A DNA stretch of 62,480 nucleotides, the filler included, from Choristocarpus tenellus KU-1152 (taxonomy: Eukaryota; Protista; Phaeophyceae): NCBI GenBank assembly GCA_964200185.2. It is 11 parts of 11 records of this genome, joined end to end, with 100 filler letters (N's around TTAATTAATTAA, not from the genome) between each part and the next. Parts side by side here need not be neighbours in the genome. Positions count along the whole stretch, not along the records: positions 20,473 to 24,204 come from CAXNAD020018245.1; positions 24,305 to 26,991 come from CAXNAD020025649.1; positions 27,092 to 31,847 come from CAXNAD020013177.1; positions 31,948 to 41,977 come from CAXNAD020003196.1; 7 more parts are not named here. The stretch is one strand, 5' to 3'. A program made the position numbers and the translations under genes. The notes under the pieces were generated by a model. That model saw only the letters and a list, made by a program, of their open reading frames with translations. It had not been told where the DNA came from and searched no databases. Numbering within the stretch: position 1 is the stretch's first letter; each line of letters opens with the position of its first letter. Shown here piece after piece: positions 23,401 through 34,699 of the stretch.

Positions 23401-24204
23401 ACCCTCATACGCCTCAGCTTCGAAAGGGTGAGAGGAGCGTAAGAGCTAATCAAGGAGGAGGGAAACCGACAGACATGTATATCAGCCAGTTGGGTGTATG
23501 TGCTCTACATCGCAAAAACACATTTCATTATCCCTCTTTTTAGCTCCAAGTAAACAATGCGTAATTAAGTAGAGTACTATTGAGCCAAAGTATCTTAGAG
23601 GGTAGAGCCACGTCCATTTGGGGGCCAAATTCCAATGTTGCGATTTTGATGTAATTTTACCTTTTCCAATATGTTTTGGAGTAGGTGAAATGTCATTAAA
23701 AACCCGTGGGAAGCCAAGCCCCAAATGGACAAACAGGGAAAAACTCGTACCCTCTAAGGTACCCTCTAAGATACTTTCACTCATTTGCCAACTAACGACA
23801 GACATCATCGTTTGCGCAGGATGTAACCTTGTCTGCACAGCCACCCACCTTGCCCTCACAAGGCTTATCGACAAGTACCACAACAGCCTCGATCACGCAG
23901 GGAGTTGCATCATCCAGCACGCGCATTGACAGGTAAGAAAGTTTCATCTTGACACGATCTACTCAACACATACTCGCCGAGTACCGGCCACCAAGTAACT
24001 AACTGCATAGTATTTAGTCTTGGTTTGTGGATTTCAACCTTCATGTATGATGGCGGTGATGTAAAGCTTGCGTTCTAGTACTACTGGAAACACGCCCTGT
24101 TTCTCCACGAAACGTGGTGAAATGGGCTGACAAATCGGCCTCACGCCTATCCCTCCCTCGCTCCCAACTCCCCAAACTGGCCAGGTCGACAACTGCGTCT
24201 CAGA
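20473..24204 (+). pseudogene. Decayed spliced Sola1-like transposase
   Basis: Exon fragments give VCTQFFKELFGIS (20750-20785), FLRLLRENRPNTRVRVGGEFMTCDICVTL (22074-22160), VFMSVHTGNQTSHALP, GCNLVCT, and Q|VDNCVSE at 24185-24204 (catalytic DNC..ENKN-type motif cut by the gap). In-frame stops (e.g. 20627, 21263) and a MITE insertion are present. Confidence 0.65.
23582..23782. mobile_element. MITE family A with internal deletion
   Basis: GAGCCAAAGTATCTTAGAGGGTA ... TACCCTCTAAGATACTTTCACTC. About 55 bp shorter than other copies, with ACCCTCTAAG duplicated. Confidence 0.9.
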
Positions 24205-24864
24205 NNNNNNNNNNNNNNNNNNNNNNNNNNNNNNNNNNNNNNNNNNNNTTAATTAATTAANNNNNNNNNNNNNNNNNNNNNNNNNNNNNNNNNNNNNNNN
24301 NNNNATACTGTTGTCCAAAAGTATTTAATCAACTCCTAGGGATGGTAGAACAACAGCTTGAACAGGTAGTGTTTTATTTCCCAAGGTTAATTGAAATTGA
24401 ATAAAGCCATGTACTTGCAAAGGTCTTCCCCCAGCTCCTCTTAAATGTAAGGCACCATCTGGTATAGAGTTGATGTGAGCAGAGCAAAGGGTGGGGTGAT
24501 CTTGCATGTAACGATAGCTAATGACCGGAATGTCAGTTGCAGTATCAACTGTGATGTGTGAAACTGAATAATCATCAACTTTGCCAGGAATCGATACTCG
24601 ACGAGATGAAACCTGTAAAAGTACAAGGGTGTTGAGAGTAATATTGAATTGCAGATGTATGCCAACACACTGACTTGGTGCAACACACACGTGATGCTAC
24701 AAAGTCTTCCCCCATTGTTCCTATAAATTTGGAAGAATGCTTCACTGCTGAGGATGCTATTGCATTAACAAAATGAGTTTGAGGCAGTGGACTGTAATTT
24801 TGCCATTTTGAGTGATTAGCCTTTGTAGGTTTTTTCACTGCAGGGTTGGAGCCCAAAGAATGGT

Positions 24865-25067
24865 TAGAATGATTTGATTGAGACAGTGTTTGTTAAAATT
24901 CATCAAGTGGTCGATTTGGTGAACAACTTGGTTGGTTGTCCACTTCTGAGTCGGATCCCAAAGAGTTATTAGAATGATTTGATTGATACAGTGTTCAAAT
25001 TCATCATCAAGTGGCCGATTTGGTGAACAACTTGGTTGGTTGTCCACTTCTGGGTCGAATCCCAAAG
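24865..25067. repeat. ~105-bp tandem duplication between gag and protease
   Basis: TAGAATGATTTGATTGA.ACAGTGTT...GTCCACTTCTG.GTCG.ATCCCAAAGA occurs at 24865 and 24970. Confidence 0.85.
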
Positions 25068-25266
25068 AAAAAATGCAAAGATGTGGTTTAGGCAGGTGTT
25101 GCCCCTGTATTGTTTTATATAGCCTATCTGAGTGTCTAGTTGTCGTAACATTGCTCACTACTGGTAAGGAAACCAATGGATTACCACCTCCTAAATGAGA
25201 AGCCCTATCAATAAACTCTGACTCTGACCCAACACAAGAAGAGGGAACTACTTCTGCTGGGCACCC

Positions 25267-26379
25267 CTATACACGTTTGTTGACTTTCCCATCTCCCTTT
25301 GAAGTTCTCTGACTAGTTTGATCTTGAGGAGTTAAGACCTCCATCGAATCTTGTTTTGACAACGAAGCAGTAAGGGCTGCAAGAAATTGTTGCATCATTT
25401 CGTTGGGGGCTTTGGGGTTGGGGTTGTCAATTTTGCGTGGGCGATAATCAGGTTTGAAATTGTTGCCATTTGGGTTGAAAAAACAACGCTCTGTACTGTG
25501 GCCTCTTCTAGATCTAGCACGATATCCCGAATATTCACAAAAATGATATTTAGACTCAGCGCGTGCGCGTTTTTTGTCTGATTTTTCCTGTGGGGGTGCT
25601 TGGTCTCGAGCAGGAGTAGTGTTGTTGCGCTTCTTCGTCCGCCATATCTGTAATTCCGCTTGCTGTTCTTTAGCCAACTTGTGTAGTGGCTCTAAGTCAG
25701 AAAAACACAGTTCAGTGACAGGTAAATCAAGTAGATTTTCCGCGCTTAAAGCTGACACTGTGACGTTGCGGTATGAACGGTCACCAAACTCCACACCCAA
25801 CCGTGACACATCCGCTAACGCAGCTGCATCTACCAGTTCACCAAATGGTTTTGGTGGGTTCGGTAATGATCGAATGGCTTGTACGATGGAGGGTTGAGCT
25901 CCGAGGTTGAAGACACACATAGCTAAGCAATCTGATAACTTCGGTTGCCCTTCCTCATTAACAGGAATGAGTCGGACGAAATTATCCACTGTCTGAACTA
26001 CTCTGCGTCCAAATGCTCGTGCTCGTTCCCACTCTGGCATGTGAAGGTGAATCATCGTGCGAAAGTAGTCATCCAAAGGAAACTGTGACGCAAATTGGCG
26101 GGTAAACTCCTCTACCAATTGGTTCCAAGATGCAAAATGAGTGTTGACAAAGAAACTTCGGGCGTGGCGCTGCGATAACGAATTCCCCGATGGGTGCATA
26201 TGTACGAAGTTCCGTAAACACAAATCGTCTAGGGTTTGTTGGTAGGTTTCGTGTTCCCGCGTTGGCACCGCTTCTTTTTTTACCATGGCCAACGAACAAA
26301 TCCGAGAGCGATAATCGGAAAGAAACCGAGATAAAGTCCGGAACTGCGACACACTGTCTACCATCTTTATCCGACTCAA
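25267..26379 (-). CDS. Gag-like protein of the Gypsy element
   Basis: 370-aa ORF with SWNQLVEEFTRQF (retrotransposon gag pattern), a basic tail and a degenerate knuckle FCEYS...GHSTERC. Confidence 0.7.
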   Translation of the reverse strand: MSRIKMVDSVSQFRTLSRFLSDYRSRICSLAMVKKEAVPTREHETYQQTLDDLCLRNFVHMHPSGNSLSQRHARSFFVNTHFASWNQLVEEFTRQFASQFPLDDYFRTMIHLHMPEWERARAFGRRVVQTVDNFVRLIPVNEEGQPKLSDCLAMCVFNLGAQPSIVQAIRSLPNPPKPFGELVDAAALADVSRLGVEFGDRSYRNVTVSALSAENLLDLPVTELCFSDLEPLHKLAKEQQAELQIWRTKKRNNTTPARDQAPPQEKSDKKRARAESKYHFCEYSGYRARSRRGHSTERCFFNPNGNNFKPDYRPRKIDNPNPKAPNEMMQQFLAALTASLSKQDSMEVLTPQDQTSQRTSKGDGKVNKRV

Positions 26380-27151
26380 AGAATTTGATCGACATTAGAT
26401 CTTTAGCCGATAGGGTGTTGAGTATGTAAGGTCGGTTCGTGGTTTGGGGTGTGCCTGGACTTACCTGGTTTTTTTCGGCTTCAGCGCTGCTGATGCTTGA
26501 AGCGCTGACACCACCAAAGTATGATCCTGAATCTTCCCCGCCCTGAAGTCCATCAGAATTCTCTCCAAATAATCACGCACAAGTTGGTTAGGGGCGGTTG
26601 GTCTTCTGCTTTACCGCTGTCCTCCAATACTGCAAAGCGATTGGTAGATGGGTTGACCGTACTGCGGGGGGGCTGGTCCCTGGGTTGTTCCCCCACCATC
26701 CCATCTTGCTCAAGCGAGCCTCCTAGGACGCCATCAGTCGAATTGGGTGATGGAGTATCGGTATTGGGCCCAGGTGTCTTGCTTGGACCAGGTGCCGTCT
26801 CAGGTTGGCCAGTGGCTTTGGATTTACCCTTGTCTTGTTTTTTCACGTTTCTTCTTGTCTTTGGTTACTTCTCGATATGGTTGATCCATCCCCTTTTTTT
26901 ACCGTCGGCGTGAGTACCACTGCGTTAGGCAGGGTCCAATCAGTCGTGGGGGGTGTTTAGAATCACCAGTGTGTCATGGTGGAGTGCTTCCNNNNNNNNN
27001 NNNNNNNNNNNNNNNNNNNNNNNNNNNNNNNNNNNTTAATTAATTAANNNNNNNNNNNNNNNNNNNNNNNNNNNNNNNNNNNNNNNNNNNNGAACTTCAA
27101 TGTCATAATGGTGTTTATGAAACCGCCATCAAGACATATCGCCTGTAACAG

Positions 27152-27979
27152 TACTGCTCTGCACATAAGTTGGGTGGCATGGTCAATGTGACGAACTGCC
27201 TCTGTCATCACGCAGAATGTGCCCACCATTGTTGCTTTAATCATGAGAGAGGCAGGAAGGCCATACGCTGCTCTGCACATAAGTTCGATAGCATGGTCAA
27301 TGTGAAGAGCCGTCTTTGTCATCATCGAGAGTGTGCCCGCTGTCCTAGCTTTCGTAATGAAGGGGACAGGAAGGCCATGTATTGTTCTGCACATAGGTTG
27401 GATGGCATGGTCGATGTGAAGACTGCCAAGTGCTGTTACATAGAATGTGCCCGCAGGGCTTGCTTTGGTCAAGAGAGAGATAAGAAGGCACTGTACTGCT
27501 CTGAGCACAAGCTGAACGGGATGGTGAATGTAAAGAGCCCTCAATGCCATCACCCAGAATGTGCTCACTATCCCAGCATTGGTCATGACAGGGACAGGAA
27601 GGCCATGTCCTGCTCTGACCACAAGCTGGATGGAATGATGGATGTAAGGAGGTCTCAATGCCTTCTCCCGGAATGTGCCCGCTACGCTAGCTTTGGTCAT
27701 GAGGGAGTCAGGAAGGCCATGTACTGCTCTGAGCACAAGCTGGATGGCATGGTCAATGTGAAGACTAGCCAGTGCCGTCACCCAGAATGTGCCCGCAGGG
27801 CTAGCTCTGGTTTTGGAAGGGATAGGAAGGCACTGTACTGCTCTGAGAACAAGCTGGATGGGATGGTGAATGTAAGGAACCCTCACTGCCATCATGCAGA
27901 ATGTGCCCACACACATAGGTTTGGTTATGAGAAGGACAGAAAAGTCATGTACTGCTCTGAGCTTGTAATTGTGTCATGA
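27152..27979 (+). CDS. EsV-1-7 cysteine-rich repeat protein, last exon (about seven 38-aa repeats)
   Basis: Units MVNVK..C.H.EC....F......KA.YCS.HKLDG (C-x4-C-x16-C-x2-H) with a 114-nt period match the EsV-1-7 motif of brown algae and phaeoviruses. Candidate acceptor AG at 27150-27151. Confidence 0.9.
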   Translation, partial: YCSAHKLGGMVNVTNCLCHHAECAHHCCFNHERGRKAIRCSAHKFDSMVNVKSRLCHHRECARCPSFRNEGDRKAMYCSAHRLDGMVDVKTAKCCYIECARRACFGQERDKKALYCSEHKLNGMVNVKSPQCHHPECAHYPSIGHDRDRKAMSCSDHKLDGMMDVRRSQCLLPECARYASFGHEGVRKAMYCSEHKLDGMVNVKTSQCRHPECARRASSGFGRDRKALYCSENKLDGMVNVRNPHCHHAECAHTHRFGYEKDRKVMYCSELVIVS

Positions 27980-29857
27980 AGCGGCAATGGTTTCCTAGTG
28001 TTTGCAGAGTGTACCAGTAATCAACTAAAATACTGAAATATTCCAATATCTATCCCTGTGACATACCGAACTAGGTGAAGGATGGCAGACAGGCAAAAGC
28101 TTGCCATCGTGGAGTCAAGCCTCAAAGCAGCCATCACCTGACATAATTGATCCTAGAGGAGGGTGCTATTGTCCATTCAGGATCTCTGTGACTATTGATT
28201 TTGTACATTGTGCAATTGCAATTGTGATACTTAGCTAAAGTCAGTTCCCTGCATCAATCCACGGAGTCCTTCCTTCCAAATTCCAGAAAATCCTGAAGGG
28301 GGTAAGTTTGGTCCATGAAAATGGGATGTCAGGCATCGCATTTACAAGTCCCCTACAACAAAATGGCCAAAACGCACTGCCCCTTGATCAAGGATATTTT
28401 ACGAACTTCTAACAAAAAAGTGGTGACATCTTGCAAAACTCCTTGTTCTGTTCACTTTACAGAGGGGGCTAGGAATCATGCCCATACCCAGGAACAGCCC
28501 ATTTGCATTGACAAGAGCATCAGTGGATAAACAGAGGTATGCACACTGTCAAATAAAAAAAATGTATTGGCACCGCATACATTGGAAGGGCATACCTGTC
28601 ACAAGTGCACCAACTTATAAGACTGCAAATAACATGCTCTGAACCAAGTACTCCTGGACCATGACTGAAAGAGAGGAAACCACTACAATACATTAGTTGT
28701 CCCCAAACTAGACAAAGCGAGTCAGTTCCTTGCTAATAAAATCTACTATAATGGAAAGTGATGTTGGGTCTCACAAAAAACGACACAGTAGGGGTGGCGC
28801 AGCACCCCAAGTCTGACTGCCCTTTTATGGGTACGTGTGTGTTTGCAAAGGAAAAATACAGAGATGTCAGACAGGAGGGGGACCTCATACGGAGTCCGAA
28901 ATGTGAAAAAAAAAAAAACACCTGCAGATAGGAGCCGAAATCAATCTCTTCGAACCACAACAAAATTGAAACAAAATAAAAAAGGATAGGCAACTGATAA
29001 GGCACACAAGATTGCTCTGTGGCAACCCAACAAAGGAAACTCCGATGCTGTTTTTTGCACACAAGGGGGAGAAATACACTAGCAACGAACGGTCACCATA
29101 CATGACATCCTGCACACTCAATAGAATCATGAACATGAAAAATGATTTGCAATCACCACCCATTCAATGAGATACTATATCTCACGGAAGGGCACAGGAA
29201 CTACAAAAGAGGTACGATTGAAGACCAATGAGAGGAATTACATGGAGACCTCTACAACTTTGCAGGGATCACACAACTGGGGTTTCAATCCTGATGTAAG
29301 GCAGGCTACCTTGATTTGAATGCTGCTTCTGTCACCTATACAATGGAAATTGTATGGTTGCAATCAAAAATACCTGCGACCCAACAATATCACCGAACAA
29401 AGAAGACTAAGTCCATCAAAATGTACAGCTTGTTCCGCTACAAAAATGCGGGTCTATTGAAACGCCACAAAAAAAAATGCAGAGAATACAGTAGGTGCAA
29501 GATTACATGCCACCCATGAGGTGAGGAAACCAAAACTATGCATCCCCATGCCAGGGAATTGATTCTGGGTGGGGCGAGAGGGAAAGGCACAAGATGCGTC
29601 GTGCCTTACCAACATTCATCCTTTCTGAAAATTGCCTCTTTACTGAAAACCACAGCACCGCAATGCCATTGCATAGATTTAGGCAATCATCTATCAACCC
29701 TACACTATGCAAGGGGTCAGCAGACAACCACAAAGTGACGTTAACTTCTGCGTTCTTCTCGATCAGGAGGTTACATGGAAATGTGGAAAAGAAACATGGG
29801 AAAGAATGCAGTCAGTTACACACAGCACAACAGCTCCCCAACTTGGCCAGGTGTGCT

Positions 29858-31148
29858 TCAGAGTTTAGACTCTGGGCGCTGTATTGTCGCTTGGATGATG
29901 CCATGTGGCTCATCAGTAGGGTAAAATATGTCCGGCAACCCAGTGTGATCAGTATTGCTCAGGCCATACTTACTGAGGTCGAATGGTAGGTTATGGACAT
30001 TGGGCATCATTAACGTTATAGACTTTACAGGCGCGGCAACAGCAAGCACTGCTGAACCCATTTCATAGCAAGTGAGCTGAAGTGATGGGCTGGGCACACC
30101 AGTGTCAGCTGGGCCAGCAAATGTTTTGATGAGAGTGTCCAATATAAGCCCACGGAGCTGAAAGGAGGTCACTGCATTTACATCATAGGTCCACTCCGCA
30201 TCCATGCATGTTCCAAACAACCTGTTTTCAGTTGCCGTAGGAGAGACAACGTATACAGTATTACGAGGTGATTTCCACACAATAATGGACAACAGGGAGT
30301 TCCAACAAAACACTAGGCAAGGGTGGGGTGTGCGGTACCTGTCAGAGGCCTCCGGAAGCGAAGTGTTCCTGTCCTTGTGAAAATTCGTGAAGGAGGATTG
30401 AGTTGTCTTAAAGAGAACAAGCTCCTTGATCCCACCGAACACTTCAATAACGGGCATCCCCGACGAATTTCGACGACCTTCAGTCCGAGCAAACATGGTG
30501 TATGGGCCACCCTTGGTAAATGCATGGTCATGTGGCCTCTTTTTGCCGGCACTATCTGCTGTGAAAATGCGGTCCCACACATCCTCCTTAACTTTGACGC
30601 GGCACCGACTCACTAGGCGTGGGTAGGTCTTCAAAAAGTGCCTGGAGAAATGGACATGATACGACGAGAAGGAAGGAAAAGAGATGTGTTGGGGGTGATC
30701 CAGGGGCGAAGGTACGAGGGACGGGATGCTTAGCATTTTAATCCAACACATTACTGGTTAGGCTTCGGCCCTATTAATGAATGGACCAGGTGGGGTGCAA
30801 AACCTAGGAGAGTCGCACGCATAATTGAAATCCTTTTCTTTTTGGAGAAGTATCTGTGCACACCAAGACAAACACAAACACAGACACTTCACACCTTGTC
30901 AGGATTAGCGCAAACTCTTCTGCGCAATCAAACGAATTTTGCTTAGCCACCACATACACTGTGTTCTTCTGCGTGTCGGTCGGGATGATAATGGAGTTGT
31001 CAGCTGACATGAACGCCCTGTCCATTGGTCCATCCAGCAGGATCTCAACATTGAACTGAATTACTGAGTGCACCGACCCACGTCGCACAACTTTAGTTAG
31101 TCGCACCCGACCTTTACCATGGTGATTTGCGCCAAGAACAGCAGCCAT
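29858..31148 (-). CDS. UOX: Urate oxidase (uricase), 3 exons, peroxisomal
   Basis: Exons 31148-30895, 30641-30339 and 30221-29858 with GT-AG introns. Motifs HGKGRVRL, DNS.IIPTDTQKNTVY, LVLFKTTQSSF..F.KD..T.LPE..DR, SPSLQ.T.Y.M, MPN.H, P.DEPHG.I. Ends in PTS1 -SKL. Confidence 0.96.
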
Positions 31149-31947
31149 TTTCAGTTGTGTTTTTTGTCGTAGAAGTTACCGACCCCTACCTACAATGTTG
31201 CCAACCTAAACTAGTGGGGTAGTGGTGTACTTGAGTTGAGTGGTATTGTAGTTTAACAATAATAATCCAGAAAATTCTCGTGGACAACTAATAAATCGGA
31301 AGTAGTTTGAGTTATATCATTTACAACAACGATGTTTTTGAAACAAGAATAGTTATCTCACATGCAAATATCAACTTTGTTGATGTAACAGAAGTGTTTT
31401 GGGAAGTGTTTTGGTAGGTGAATACACTACAAACAATACCACAGAATGAGAGAAACATTCTCATGAACACGATCCATCCCAAATATAATATCGTTTTCTT
31501 AATATGAAGTATCAATTTTTTCATATATATCAAAATATCGTTAAAAAAAAAGATTGATATTTTTTTGGTTTGGTGTTTTAATTTCACCCCCACCATTCTC
31601 CACAAGGAAGAGATGATTTGCCCTTACATGAACCTTCTATCATCTGTCATACAAGTACAGGAGGTGTGAATGTCAAGTGTCATAATAAACACGTACTATA
31701 GGTATTATTTTTTTGAGTATGTACAGATATATTGTGCTCAAGTAGTGTCACTCAGTTGGAGCCTTAAGTGAAGTGCAGTGTTTGGGGTGACACGACCAAG
31801 AACAGCAGATTCTCAAAATTGAGGATGGAGCGGGACTATGAGGATGGNNNNNNNNNNNNNNNNNNNNNNNNNNNNNNNNNNNNNNNNNNNNTTAATTAAT
31901 TAANNNNNNNNNNNNNNNNNNNNNNNNNNNNNNNNNNNNNNNNNNNN

Positions 31948-31985
31948 CTACGCGGCTCTAACCTCTAAGATACTTTGTTTGGCTC
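31948..31985. mobile_element. MITE family A terminus at contig start
   Basis: ACGCGGCTCTAACCTCTAAGATACTTTG. Confidence 0.7.
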
Positions 31986-32152
31986 TTGAGGGGTAGTTAT
32001 TACAGGATTTGAAGAGCATGCACGGGTCAATCAATGGAATAGCCAAAATGCCACACTAAACCAATAAGATGCAGTTGCTCTTGCAACTCTCTTTACCCCC
32101 TTGGGTTATTATGATGAAGTAAATGATTTTTGACTCTGTCCCTAAGAATTAA

Positions 32153-32454
32153 GGGTCAGAGTATCTGGAGGGGGTGGCGGCTGTCCATTCAGGGTCCATT
32201 TTTACATATCGCAATTTTTGGTAATTTGGTTGGATACGTCAGATGGATAATAAAAGAACACTTTTCCTGGTCAGGACCAGAATGGACACTCTGGTGTAGA
32301 CCTTCGGGACCCCACCTGCGCCCACGGGGGCCCCACCCCCACANNNNNNNNNNACGCCAAGCTATAGGTTTGGGGGGGGGTGGGCGCGGGCCGGGTCCTC
32401 CCCTTTCTTTTTCGCCCCCCCCCCCCCCCCCCCCCCCCCCAGATACTTTGAGCC
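32153..32454. mobile_element. MITE family B with internal N gap and long C tract
   Basis: GGGTCAGAGTATCTGGAGGGG ... (C)nAGATACTTTGAGCC. Confidence 0.8.
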
Positions 32455-32920
32455 AAATTCTGACCTTACCTTTATTTTCGATTGCATCCATCTCCTCCAA
32501 TGTGCCAGTTCTTTCGGAACTTCATTGTGTATATCTGCATTACTTGTTGCGAGGACAATATGAGGCGTTTTAATGGTGAAGACTATAGTGTGTTACTATA
32601 GTGTGAGTATTCTCAAGTGCTTGCGGACAGCGGAGCTACAATGGGCACTTGCATTGTTTTGATGTATACCACCTTGTCTTCCTGTCTGCATTGTTTTGAA
32701 TTATTTTTCCAGCTCCCGTGTCAATACTCTCTATACCCCCAACCTCCTTCTCCACCCTTGCATTTACCTCTCCTCCCCCATGCACATGGTTTTGATACTA
32801 CCCCTTCCTTCAAGAAAGGTCTCCACCTCTTTAAATGTCCTGAGTGCGGCTCTATCCCTTCTTCTCATCCCTCAAAATATCAACATATGAACTCTACAAT
32901 TCCCTCACATCTTCCTTCAG

Positions 32921-33172
32921 GTGGTAAACTCCACAGAGACTGCCCTGAGCATAATCCGGGAAGGGGATTACAGGTTTGTGGTAACAGACCTGCACATGCC
33001 TGGAATGACAGGGGTGGAATTTTGTCGGGCAGTGAGAGCTGGGGGGGGCAGCGTTGGCAATGGAGATGGACACCAACGCTGTTCCAGGAATGCATATGGG
33101 CACAATGAAGGAAGGATAAGAATCCTGCTACACACAACTGCTGCTGGGAGTCTCATGTCTGAAGAGCTTGAG
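32921..33172 (+). CDS. Response-regulator receiver (REC) domain exon, probably from a hybrid histidine kinase or RR gene
   Basis: 252-nt AG/GT-bounded exon: VVNSTETALSIIREGDYRFVVTDLHMPGMTGVEFCRAVR...IRILLHTTA. Phosphoacceptor D in TDLHMP, plus the G.E motif and the conserved T. Other exons not found. Confidence 0.8.
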
Positions 33173-34699
33173 GTGCGCACGGCATAAGGGACTATTGTAG
33201 AAGCAATATTTCAGTTGGCGGGAGTGAGGGGGGATAAGAGGTAAAGTGCAAAGTTAGCTAAAGGTACAGGATGCTTGGTCGCCATGTGGCTGGTCACCGT
33301 GAATATGATTAGCATGTTATTTCTGTCACCATGTTGGGTGTTAATTGATTGAGCCAAAGACATTCTGGAGTATGGAGCAGGGATAAGTCTTACATATGCA
33401 GTAGAGTAGGTGGTCGTTTTCCGCACAACTCTGTAGATGGGGCAAAAGGTACAACAAGTTTGATACATATCATGGTGCTACTACAGAAGTATCGTTTGAT
33501 ATGGGTCATAAAACTTGGAATACATTAACAGGTATGTATATATATATATATGTGAATGAAGGCTTCAGAGTGATGCCAATGTGGACAACGGAGAGTTCAT
33601 TCTATTGTCTCAATGGGGCATAGTGCATGGTACTGTAGACTATTGAAATCGAAAAATAGAACTAGAAATGAGCAGATCGCAAATGTGAGTGACTACGTTT
33701 CCACTAGGGTAAAACAAACACGAATACAATAATAAGTCCTCAACTTCCAAGGCATCACTGCGTCCCTCTTATATACCAGAGTTGGACCATAACAAATTAG
33801 TTGGGTGGTCCTCCCTTGCAATGGAAGCAACGTACATGGAGTGAGGGGGTGAGGTAGGTAGGGCAAAATTCTGTCAAGGTTGAAGTTAAAGGATCAATGA
33901 TTTGGTTTTGAATCAGATATGAATGGTGAGCTCTACATAGACTAAGGAACGTACTTCATGTAGTACCCGTATTGTAAAGCATTCAGTTAGGTGTTCAAAT
34001 CTGAATGTTTGGGAAATGATGTTGAAGTTGTGGTTAGACGGTTTGACTGAGTGAAGGTATCTTGCATTGACGAAGTTTTCTTGCAGCCTTATCCTTGTGT
34101 GTGATTTTGATGTGGGGTGGTTGAACTTGATGGTCTTCGGCAGTTAGTTGTACAATGTGAAGGCTGATTGTAGCCAAGCAGAAAATCACACTCCAGAAGT
34201 CTAACACTCAACACATGGATCATTTGTTCACCTAATTTACGAAGGGAGGAGATCTTGGCTGTGTGCAGTTGTTACCAAGGGATAGTAAAGTATATCAATG
34301 CAGTGCAAATGCCCTCTCAAAACCACTAAAGACACTATTAACACCTCGGCACTATGACTTTTTTACAGTCAGAAATACGGAGATTCCCTAAGTTGGAGGC
34401 ATAGAGTGAATGAGTTAACAAGAAGATCCCAATCCCCTACCCTAGAACCTTTTAGAATAGTTCTAGTGTGTACGGTTTGAATTGATGCCTTTGTAACCTG
34501 TTAGGAATTGTAGATATTATGTGGTGGTGTATGCCGTTCTTCAAAGTAATATTGTACCACCCGAGTAACTTCCGCTTTTAAAATAATCATGACTAATTTA
34601 TACGATTACACTGGCCATGACTCCCAAAAGCTCCTTCAATGATGATTTATGTTGTGTGTTGTGTAGGGGTTGAGGAATTTTTGTCTATTTCGTTAAGGA

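Larger units (their letters stand above)
24305..26991 (-). mobile_element. Ty3/Gypsy-like LTR retrotransposon, 5' half (LTR end, PBS, gag, protease remnant)
   Basis: Minus strand: ...TGACACA (candidate LTR end, 26970), C, then TGGTGATTCTA (PBS-like, 26968-26958). Gag ORF follows, then a protease-like segment ITVDTATDIPVIS...LRGAGGRPLQVHG..L.LG (24570-24325). Confidence 0.75.

Noticed and set aside
27044-27916. 290-aa antisense ORF with internal repeats
   Set aside because: Shadow of the EsV-1-7 repeat exon, and it runs into the N linker.
27152-27979. Regular 114-nt repeats as a CRISPR-like array
   Set aside because: They are coding tandem repeats with no repeat-spacer structure and no cas genes.
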